Shown: in pieces, positions 1-6,414 of the stretch
How the letters are laid out: every line of letters starts with the position of its first letter
How positions within the stretch are numbered: position 1 is the stretch's first letter
Assembly: GCA_042217555.1 (NCBI GenBank)
Contig: JBDGSL010000037.1
Coordinates: forward strand, 1-11,177
Length of the DNA: 11,177 nt
DNA from: Candidatus Nanohalobium sp.
GTDB taxonomy: Archaea; Nanohalarchaeota; Nanosalinia; Nanosalinales; Nanosalinaceae
Direction of reading: 5' to 3'
The notes under the pieces: model-generated
The model's input: the letters and a program-made list of their open reading frames with translations, nothing else
Told to the model about the DNA's origin: nothing
The model's database searches: none
Made by a program: the position numbers and the translations under genes

Positions 1-49
1 CAAACCTCGTTCCTTCTCGAAGCGGTTTCTGCAACGCGAAAACCTGTGA

Positions 50-239
50 TGGGAAAGCCGGGATTCGAACCCGGGACCACTGCGTAACCCACATATTTCT
101 GGATTTAACACGTTTAATCATCGGGCACGAAGACATGAAGTGTCTTCTCAAGCAGCCTTTCCAGAAAAAGGCCGCATCCCTCATCGCTCACAACCAAGTT
201 GTTATGAGCGCAGCACTCTAACCACTGAGCTACTTTCCC
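50..239 (-). tRNA. tRNA with CAT anticodon (non-initiator; Ile2 or elongator Met), 117-nt intron at 37/38 (86..202)
   Basis: Minus strand reads GGGAAAG-TA-GCTCAGTGGTTAGAGT-G-CTGCG-CTCATA|intron|A-CGCAG-TGGTC-CCGGG-TTCGAAT-CCCGG-CTTTCCC-A. BHB motif: CUCA(32-35) pairs with intron UGGG, bulges UA|A and UU|A. No A1:U72 or triple G-C anticodon stem, so not initiator. The G1-G2-G3 acceptor resembles archaeal Ile2; a 37/38 intron is common in elongator Met. CCA is not encoded. Confidence 0.93.
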
Positions 240-240
240 C

Positions 241-423
241 GCTTGTTACGCTAAGCGAACGCAATAGAGCATTCAAGCAAGTTGAATGCACTTCGGGATC
301 AAGAAGTCATCTCCCGAAAGCCATGCTTGCCATGGCTTCTTGCGTGTCACTCCAAAATCGCTGACGCGATTTTGTGCGTTCACAGAAACTCCTTGCGGAG
401 TTTCGCGAAGAGCGTAACCAGTC
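241..423. repeat. Multi-hairpin palindromic element (MITE/REP-like or structured spacer RNA) between the two tRNAs
   Basis: Terminal inverted repeat CTTGTTACGCT (242-252) / AGCGTAACCAG (411-421), 10/11 match. Five internal hairpins at 269-289, 292-318, 318-338, 353-374 and 385-404. Shares sequence blocks with the tRNA-Val intron. Confidence 0.7.
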
Positions 424-425
424 GA

Positions 426-585
426 TGGGTTCGCCCGGATTTGAACCGGGGATCTCCGCCAGTTTGAGGCAGTTTTCTACACGCCTAAACGCTTTCTGAA
501 AGCCATTCTGTGAATGGCTTCTTGCGTTGGCTTAGCGTAACAAGCCTTGTCAAGGCGGTGTCATAACCAGCTAGACTACGAACCC
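426..585 (-). tRNA. tRNA-Val(GAC), 86-nt intron at 37/38 (462..547)
   Basis: Minus strand reads GGGTTCG-TA-GTCTAGCTGGTTATGAC-A-CCGCC-TTGACA|intron|T-GGCGG-AGATC-CCCGG-TTCAAAT-CCGGG-CGAACCC-A. Clean BHB: UUGA/UCAA central helix, bulges CA|A and AC|U, outer GGC/GCC helix. Confidence 0.95.
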
Positions 586-628
586 TTTTTCTTTTTGTGT
601 TTTGTGTGTTGTGGGTTTCTTTGGTTAT

Positions 629-640
629 GCTTAAATAGCT
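629..640. promoter_or_regulatory. Putative (possibly bidirectional) TATA box between tRNA-Val and the zinc-finger ORF
   Basis: TTAAATA at 632-638 (TATTTAA on the minus strand), about 35 nt before ATG 672 and about 47 nt before the mature tRNA 5' end. Confidence 0.45.
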
Positions 641-671
641 GGGATATGTATCTTTGTTAGGTGAGGTTGAA

Positions 672-827
672 ATGGCTCCTGAATGTGATAAATGCGGCGA
701 GGACTTGTTTGTTAATCCTGTGGAGAGGCCGGATGTTGACTGGGTGAGAGTGGTCTGTTCGGAGTGTGGGAATGTGACTGATGTTTCCATGATCCGGCTG
801 TCTGCTACTGTCAAGAACCGGGAGTGA
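672..827 (+). CDS. 51-aa C(P)xCG-type zinc-finger microprotein (not in ORF track)
   Basis: Translates to MAPECDKCGEDLFVNPVERPDVDWVRVVCSECGNVTDVSMIRLSATVKNRE*. Two CxxCG knuckles; Shine-Dalgarno-like AGGTGAGG at 659-666. Confidence 0.8.
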   Translation: MAPECDKCGEDLFVNPVERPDVDWVRVVCSECGNVTDVSMIRLSATVKNRE

Positions 828-873
828 AAGATGTTAAAAGCGTATTTGCCTCCTCTTTTCTTTGTGATTCAAA

Positions 874-1407
874 ATGGTTAACAAGTGGCATGACTATGAG
901 ACCGGGCCTGATGCTCCGGAGACTATTTATGCAGTGATTGAAAATCCTGACAGCACGCAGAACAAGTATGAGTACGACAAGGATATGGAGAGTGTGGTTC
1001 TTGACAGGGTTCTGTATTCTTCTATCCAGTATCCTGGTGACTACGGTTTTATACCTCAGGCATATTACAAGGATGGTGATCCGATGGATGTCCTGGTTTT
1101 GACGACGCATTCCACGTTTCCAGGCTGTGTGATCGAGGCAAGGCCGATCGGTATCCTTTACATGGACGACGACGGTGAACAGGACGACAACGTTATTGCA
1201 GTTCCTACAGAAGATCCTCGGTGGGAAGATGTCGAAGACCTGGACGACGTCAACGAGCATAAGAAGAGGGAGATCGCCGAGTTCTTCGCCACGTACAAGA
1301 ACCTGGAGCCGAAGAAGGAAGTCGAGATCGAAGGCTGGGGCGGAAAAGAAGAAGCACACGAAGCTATTGAGAAGAGTCAGAGGCTTTACAGCGAAGAGTT
1401 TGAATAA
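874..1407 (+). CDS. ppa: Family I inorganic pyrophosphatase
   Basis: Motifs NKYEYDK, LDRVLY, YPGDYGFIP, DGDPMD and FFATYKNLE. Confidence 0.97.
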   Translation: MVNKWHDYETGPDAPETIYAVIENPDSTQNKYEYDKDMESVVLDRVLYSSIQYPGDYGFIPQAYYKDGDPMDVLVLTTHSTFPGCVIEARPIGILYMDDDGEQDDNVIAVPTEDPRWEDVEDLDDVNEHKKREIAEFFATYKNLEPKKEVEIEGWGGKEEAHEAIEKSQRLYSEEFE

Positions 1408-1417
1408 AATTCTTTCC

Positions 1418-1670
1418 TTATCCTAATTTTTCTCTTATTATCTTGATAGGGTTTCTTGCATCTGAAATAGCTTTTCTGTGGGCTTCTTTCCAGTCTTCGG
1501 TTTCCTGAAAATGTTTCTCTGCTTGTTTCCAGTAGAAGTTTCTGGCAGAGAACTTTCTGCGGTTCCAGCGATCTCCTCTTGGCTTAACCCGTACTCCGAC
1601 ATGACTGCTGCGTCCCTCATCCTGGAGAATCTGGAAGTCATAGATATCAGGCCTGAGTCTAAATCTGTTT
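1418..1670 (-). pseudogene. 5'-truncated gene remnant with no start codon, directly downstream of vapC
   Basis: Stop-free minus frame 1684->1418 reads ...RFRLRPDIYDFQILQDEGRSSHVGVRVKPRGDRWNRRKFSARNFYWKQAEKHFQETEDWKEAHRKAISDARNPIKIIREKLG*. It looks more protein-like than the tracked ORF 1438..1641 and ends convergently 10 nt from the ppa stop. Confidence 0.4.
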
Positions 1671-2066
1671 TTATTCCAGCGGGTTTATCGCTTCTACATC
1701 TTCAAAGTCCGAAGTGTTTTCAGTGTAGATTACTTCGTAGCCGTTCTCCAGTGCTGTCTGTTTTATCATCTTGTCCCAGAAATCGCTTTCTGCACCTAGT
1801 GCCTGGTTGAGAACTTTTCTGCCTGCTTCGATCACCTCAAAGCCAGGATCATGTTTAAGATCGTGGACGAATTCTGCGGCCTCCTCTATATTCACGTTGT
1901 TCCTGTGGATTGCCAGACTGTAGCATTCCGAAAGAGCTCGGAGAGGCAGAGCTGCTTCCTTATTCCTGGACTTTTTCAGAAACTTCAGTGCCTCCTGATG
2001 CTTTTCCGAATCCTTATCGAGCGCATAAAATAGAATATTCGTGTCGATTGCAAACCTATCTTTCAT
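1671..2066 (-). CDS. vapC: PIN-domain toxin (VapC family)
   Basis: Motifs IDTNILFY, LSECY, FWDKMI and YTENTSDF. Start set at ATG 2066 (MKDRFAID), overlapping the antitoxin end. Confidence 0.9.
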   Translation of the reverse strand: MKDRFAIDTNILFYALDKDSEKHQEALKFLKKSRNKEAALPLRALSECYSLAIHRNNVNIEEAAEFVHDLKHDPGFEVIEAGRKVLNQALGAESDFWDKMIKQTALENGYEVIYTENTSDFEDVEAINPLE

Positions 2067-2283
2067 TTGCTTCATCCCTGTCAAAATCTTCACCACCGAG
2101 TTCCAGGCCTTCCTCAGCTATCTCCTCCCATCTTCTCTTACCGGAGTCGTTTTCCCTTATCCATTTTTCGAGGGCCTCGGAGACGGCCTCTCCCATAGCA
2201 CCTTTGCCACTGTCCAGTTCCTCCAGTTTTTCACGGAACCTTTCCTCAACCTCATCGTCGATCGTAACAGTTACAACACCCAT
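2056..2283 (-). CDS. Ribbon-helix-helix antitoxin (VapB/CopG-like)
   Basis: MGVVTVTIDDEVEERFR...KGAMGEAVSEALEKWI RHH pattern with acidic tail; upstream of and overlapping the PIN gene. Start ATG 2283 follows SD-like AGGTGG. Confidence 0.85.
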   Translation of the reverse strand: MGVVTVTIDDEVEERFREKLEELDSGKGAMGEAVSEALEKWIRENDSGKRRWEEIAEEGLELGGEDFDRDEANER

Positions 2284-2299
2284 CTTTACAGCCCACCTA

Positions 2300-2332
2300 C
2301 CTAAATATTTAGGCATCTATTTATTTAAATAA
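2300..2332 (-). promoter_or_regulatory. TA promoter with palindromic operator
   Basis: Perfect 14-bp palindrome CCTAAATATTTAGG (2300-2313) downstream of palindromic TATA TTATTTAAATAA (2321-2332). Confidence 0.6.
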
Positions 2333-2338
2333 TTGGTT

Positions 2339-2520
2339 CTAGCTGCCCGTACTCGAGTACCTTGACAGACCGAACTTCCAGAACCTGTAGGCTATGAGGT
2401 AGAATACCGGACCTGCTATTATTGACGCTATCTGCCAGTTTGTCCATCCCGGTTTATCTAGGAGGAATGTTGCAGGGAAGAATGATGCGAATAACAGTAC
2501 GAAGTTTATAGCAGATAAGT
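2339..2520 (-). pseudogene. C-terminal fragment of an ABC-2 family (DUF990-like) permease
   Basis: FASFFPATFLL, one TM helix and the terminal FWKFGLSRYSSTGS* signature of this permease family; only about 60 aa remain of a normally much longer protein. Confidence 0.65.
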
Positions 2521-2585
2521 CGACGCGGCGGCTGCGCATAGGCGACTACAGGGCCTTCTTCGACATACTAGAAGAAGAGGTGAAG
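2520..2585 (+). pseudogene. Internal fragment of a RelE/ParE-family toxin gene
   Basis: The + frame from 2523 reads TRRLRIGDYRAFFDILEEEVK, matching the RelE core motif RLRxGDYR; no recognisable N-terminus. Confidence 0.6.
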
Positions 2586-3065
2586 TGGCCCACTACCTTG
2601 AATCCTGATGGATTCGAGGAAGAGGGGCTTCTGTGCGACCTTATCCCTGAAAAGGAGAGTTTTGTTTTCCACGATACTTTTCTCATTCATACCGTCAACA
2701 CAGAGACTTTACGCTTCGAGGAAAGTTTGAATTAGGGAAACCATTCCCATATACTAACCACAAAAAAGTGGTTTCCTTATTCACTTCTGGTAGCTCCACA
2801 CTACTCTCTACACCGTCCGATTTGACTGGGAAAAAGTCAAATCATTCGGCTTACCTGTTTTTCACCCAATCAGTATTTGTTGGTTGCCGGGTTGCGTTAT
2901 TTGGTTAGGCAGAACAGCCTTACTGCCGTAATACCTATGTTTTAGAGTGTTAGAGTTAAAAAGCTGATTCACCCCTAACCTTAAAAAAGATTCGAGGATA
3001 GGGTCTTCTCAGCAAAAAGATAAAATTTACAACCGTGCTCCCACGCGACAAAGCCTATAGATAAC

Positions 3066-4685
3066 TTATTCTTTCACCGTCACCGGCACACCTTTCTCCT
3101 TCAGGAGTTCTACCTGCTGTTTGACGAAGTCCTCCTCATTACTTCCCTTGGTTGCGACCATGTAGACCTGTGCGTCTCCGAACGGCCTCATAACTCTGCC
3201 TGCTCTCTGTGTTGCCTGTCTCCTGCTTCCTCCCTGTCCACTCATGACGATTCCTATTTCTGCGTCCGGAAGGTCCAGTCCTTCGTCACCGATCCTGGAG
3301 ACGATGATGGTTTTTAATTCGTCGTTCCTGAACTTGTCGAAGTACTCTTCTCTTTCCTCGAAGTCTGTTTCTCCTGAAATAAATGGTATGTCGTACTCCT
3401 CTGAGAGGTCTTCGCCCTGGTCGATCCAGTCACAGAAGATGATAGTCTTGTCGCCTTCATGTTCATCGAGGATCTCTTCCAGGTTCTGCTTTTTCGCAGG
3501 GTTCTTCGATGCGATAATCGCCTTCTTGATACCAGAGGCTTCCTCGTACTTGTGCCTGTAGTGGTCGGAAGCCCATTCAACTAGCTGAATTTCCACGTCC
3601 GGCTTGACGACGTGGCCTTCAGCGAAGAAACGGGCCCAGTCACTGCCTATCTCCTGGCCGATCAGGGCGAATATTTCACGCTCCTTGGTGTCTTCTCTTA
3701 CAGGCGAAGCTGATAGCCCAATTCTTCTTGTGGACTGTAGGTCGGCTGTCTTCCTGAAGAGCTTGGATGGGATGTGGTGTACTTCGTCGAAGATGATCAA
3801 TCCCCACTCCTTTCTGAAGATATTGGTTTTCTCTCCGGCCATGTGGTATGTGGCGATTGTCACGTCGTTCATTTCCTTCTCGTCTCCATGATACTCTCCT
3901 ATCTGGTCCTCTGTCAGTGTTGTTTTGTCGAGAAGTTCTCTCTTCCACTGTCCGATCAGGTTTCTCTGCGGGACAAGGATAAGTGTTGGCGCGTCGATCT
4001 TCGTAAGCAGTCCGATTGACGTAACTGTTTTACCGGATCCTGCAGGGTTGGCCAGTACTGCAGCCTTCTTCTCGTACGCCTTCTCAACGTATTCTTTCTG
4101 GTATTCTCTCAGCTCAATATCTTCCGCCAGGTCGGCTCCGATCTTCTCATCTGACTCTCTGAACTTGGAGTTGTCTTCGACAGGATAGCCTTTTTTCACC
4201 AGGGCCTGCTTGATCTCTGCCCGGGACTTGCTTCCCATCGCGATACGGGACTCAGTATCCGATAAGTCGACGGAAAGGTTCTTCCTGACCTTGTCAAGAC
4301 TGCGAGCCCACTCCATCCTCTCAGGATCTTCAGCGACAAGAGAGTGGTACCGGCCTCTATGCTCAATCGAGAACATCTCCTGCTTGTCGTATGTCCTCTC
4401 CAGCCACTCCAGGAAACGAGGATAGTTCCCAACGACTCTAGTATAAACCTCTTTCATCTCCTCAAGACTTTTGTCCGAATTCCAGATATCCATCTCCTGA
4501 ACCTTGAACTTGTAATGCTCGCCCGAACTGGTTTCCATGTGGGCCAGCGAGGAAATCTCATTCAAAGTCTCCTGATCCGGATGCGAAAGAATAATCTCCC
4601 TCTGCGGCTCAAAAAACACAACCTGATTCCTGATTTTCTCAATTAACTCATCCTTAGAAAGATCCTCCAAGTTTTCCTCTGACAT
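3066..4685 (-). CDS. xpb: XPB/Rad25 (Ssl2-like) SF2 DNA helicase
   Basis: Q motif LREYQ, Walker A PAGSGKT, DEVHH, SASPVRED (XPB RED motif), DEGLDLP and QRAGRVMR, plus an N-terminal extension. Start probably ATG 4685. Confidence 0.9.
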   Translation of the reverse strand: MSEENLEDLSKDELIEKIRNQVVFFEPQREIILSHPDQETLNEISSLAHMETSSGEHYKFKVQEMDIWNSDKSLEEMKEVYTRVVGNYPRFLEWLERTYDKQEMFSIEHRGRYHSLVAEDPERMEWARSLDKVRKNLSVDLSDTESRIAMGSKSRAEIKQALVKKGYPVEDNSKFRESDEKIGADLAEDIELREYQKEYVEKAYEKKAAVLANPAGSGKTVTSIGLLTKIDAPTLILVPQRNLIGQWKRELLDKTTLTEDQIGEYHGDEKEMNDVTIATYHMAGEKTNIFRKEWGLIIFDEVHHIPSKLFRKTADLQSTRRIGLSASPVREDTKEREIFALIGQEIGSDWARFFAEGHVVKPDVEIQLVEWASDHYRHKYEEASGIKKAIIASKNPAKKQNLEEILDEHEGDKTIIFCDWIDQGEDLSEEYDIPFISGETDFEEREEYFDKFRNDELKTIIVSRIGDEGLDLPDAEIGIVMSGQGGSRRQATQRAGRVMRPFGDAQVYMVATKGSNEEDFVKQQVELLKEKGVPVTVKE

Positions 4686-4778
4686 GCCACAACCGTTAGA
4701 CACAAAGCTTTAAAACAGTCAAAACACAGAGCCAAACCCACAACTAGCAGCTCTGAAATAGCCAAAGTCCTCGAAAGA

Positions 4779-4820
4779 TTTTTAAGAACAAAAGTACCTT
4801 ATTTTGTCATGGGTACTTTG
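4779..4820 (+). promoter_or_regulatory. TATA box and inverted-repeat operator overlapping the antitoxin start
   Basis: TTTTTAAG at about 4779-4786, ~25 nt before ATG 4809. Inverted repeat AAAGTACC (4791-4798) / GGTACTTT (4812-4819) spans the start codon. Confidence 0.55.
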
Positions 4821-5039
4821 AAGGTTGAGGGCGACGACGAACTTATCCGAAAGTTCAAACAGAAGGCCAGAGAGGAGTACGGCCAGAAGAGAGGTAGTAT
4901 AAAGAAGGCGACCATGGACCTGATCGAGAAGTGGGTTGAGCAGGATGAGAAAGTGGACTGGGGAGAACTCCGAGGCGCTATCGACAGCGACAAGACTTCA
5001 ACAGAACTTGAAGATGAGGCATGGAAGAAGGTCGATTAG
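4809..5039 (+). CDS. Ribbon-helix-helix antitoxin (VapB-like)
   Basis: MGTLKVEGDDELIRKFK...KRGSIKKATMDLIEKWV; same family pattern as 2056..2283; abuts the PIN gene. Confidence 0.85.
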   Translation: MGTLKVEGDDELIRKFKQKAREEYGQKRGSIKKATMDLIEKWVEQDEKVDWGELRGAIDSDKTSTELEDEAWKKVD

Positions 5040-5441
5040 ATGTACCTGATAGATACCAACGTTTTTCTGGAGCTTTTGCTGGATCAGGAAAAGGCAGACG
5101 AATGCGAGAAGTTACTGGGGAAAATTCTTGAGGGAAGAGTCAACGCGGCCGCAACAGAGTTCACTATACATTCAGTTCAGGGAACGCTGGCTGATAACCC
5201 AGAGACTATCAAAAGGTTCCTTGAAAGCGTTAACTCGACTATAAACATCCAAATTCTGGAGACAGAGATGGAAGAGGAGATAATAATATCGCAGTACTCA
5301 AAGGAGTCTTCACTATGCTTTGACGATGCACTTCAGTACACAGTAGCCCAAAGAGAAAACATCGAAAAGATAATAAGCTACGACACAGACTTCGACAACA
5401 CAGACCTGAAAAGAGTAGAACCCGAAGAACTACTAGGATGA
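5040..5441 (+). CDS. vapC: PIN-domain toxin (VapC family)
   Basis: Motifs YLIDTNVFLE, FDDALQY and IISYDTDFD. Confidence 0.92.
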   Translation: MYLIDTNVFLELLLDQEKADECEKLLGKILEGRVNAAATEFTIHSVQGTLADNPETIKRFLESVNSTINIQILETEMEEEIIISQYSKESSLCFDDALQYTVAQRENIEKIISYDTDFDNTDLKRVEPEELLG

Positions 5442-6079
5442 AAAATCAGCTCAGGCAGATTCTATCACAGGTCGCCGATTTTGAAGACCCGAGGATCAAA
5501 CTGGAGCAGTACATAACACCTCCGGCACTGGCCGCAGATCTGATCTATACAGCGTATATGCAGGGCGATATCGAGGACAAAAAAGTTGTAGATTTAGGGA
5601 CAGGCACCGGGATACTGGCGATCGGAGCGGCAAAAGTTGGTGGAGAAGTCACCGCTGTCGAGAAAGATCAGGATGCTCTGGAGTTAGCGGAGAAAAACGC
5701 TGAGGAGGCCGGAGCCAAGATAAACTTCGTCGAAAAGGATGTAGAAGAGTTCTGTGGAAAGGTCGGAACCGAAGGTTCCAGTGCTTCAAGAAACTCCGGA
5801 GAGCTTCGGCCGTTTGATACAGTTGTCATGAACCCGCCTTTTTCTGTTCACTCGGATACCGGGCTTTCCTTCTGGGAGAGGGCTGTCGAGGTCTCTGATG
5901 CAGTGTATGGGATTTCTCCGCGGGGCGCCCGTGACAGTATAAAAAGTTTGGTCCGAAGTTCAAACCATAAACTTGAGGGTGTACAGGAGTACGATATTGT
6001 CTTGCCTGCGAGTTACGGCTTCCATACTGAGGAAGGCCGTGAAACACCTGTAGACCTGATAATCACGAGGAGAACTTGA
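5438..6079 (+). CDS. METTL5-family N6-adenine RNA methyltransferase, with a ~17-19 aa insertion
   Basis: Motifs LEQYITP, VVDLGTGTGILAIGA, VVMNPPF and YGFH; conserved position upstream of rpoL. Confidence 0.92.
   Translation: MKNQLRQILSQVADFEDPRIKLEQYITPPALAADLIYTAYMQGDIEDKKVVDLGTGTGILAIGAAKVGGEVTAVEKDQDALELAEKNAEEAGAKINFVEKDVEEFCGKVGTEGSSASRNSGELRPFDTVVMNPPFSVHSDTGLSFWERAVEVSDAVYGISPRGARDSIKSLVRSSNHKLEGVQEYDIVLPASYGFHTEEGRETPVDLIITRRT
5758..5815. repeat. In-frame palindromic insertion within the METTL5 gene
   Basis: Outer stem AAAGGTC(G)/(C)GGCCGTTT; inner hairpins GGAACC-GAA-GGTTCC (5765-5779) and GAAACTC-CGGA-GAGCTTC (5790-5807). Confidence 0.65.
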
Positions 6080-6085
6080 TAAACA

Positions 6086-6328
6086 ATGGAACTTGAGACC
6101 GTGGAGAAAGAGGACCGGCTTATCGTCGACATGCAGCAAAACCACACCCTGGCCAACCTGATCAGAAAGGCAATCTGGGCGAACGACGGAGAAGCAGGAT
6201 ACGACAAAGGCCACCCACTCGGCGACGAATCCAACCTAGTCATCAAGGACGACGACCCGGAAGAAACACTGGAAGACGCTATCGAGACAGCCCGGGAATG
6301 GATGAACGACCTGGAAGAACAGGTCTAA
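6086..6328 (+). CDS. rpoL: DNA-directed RNA polymerase subunit L (Rpo11)
   Basis: Motifs NHTLANLIR and AGYDKGHPL; size and gene context fit. Confidence 0.93.
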   Translation: MELETVEKEDRLIVDMQQNHTLANLIRKAIWANDGEAGYDKGHPLGDESNLVIKDDDPEETLEDAIETAREWMNDLEEQV

Positions 6329-6414
6329 ATCTTTTCTCTCAGATTTTTCCTAAAACTAGCCATTTCTAGATTTTTAGAAGGCTGTTTATAAGGCAGTATT
6401 CCGTACTTTTCTGC

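Noticed and set aside
95..125. Hammerhead-like CCGAUGA...GAAA in the intron
   Set aside because: The core deviates from CUGAnGA, and stems I-III could not be formed convincingly.
86..210. Group I intron in the CAT tRNA (P1-like helix with a U.G pair after the anticodon)
   Set aside because: Only 117 nt, no terminal omega-G in the required register and no P7 core; a canonical BHB motif explains splicing.
241..547. CRISPR array
   Set aside because: Only pairwise repeats in mixed orientation, no regular repeat-spacer period and no cas genes.
140..814. ORFs 140..364, 282..467 and 485..814
   Set aside because: They overlap tRNAs, the palindromic spacer or the antisense of the zinc-finger gene, and their composition does not match the acidic proteome.
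586..870. G/T-rich plus-strand tract (vs A/C-rich 10200-11100) as a replication-origin signal
   Set aside because: No ORB-like repeats or orc1/cdc6 gene, and skew cannot be evaluated in an 11-kb window by eye.
1438..1641. 67-aa ORF with HTH-like LSQEEIA
   Set aside because: The rest is Ser/Thr/Lys-rich with no HTH continuation; another frame on the same strand looks more protein-like.
3244..4646. Several antisense or alternate-frame ORFs within xpb (likewise within ppa, vapC, sec11, the coiled-coil gene and PCNA)
   Set aside because: Shadow ORFs, mostly Ser/Phe/Leu-rich mirrors of Glu/Lys/Asp codons in well-supported genes.
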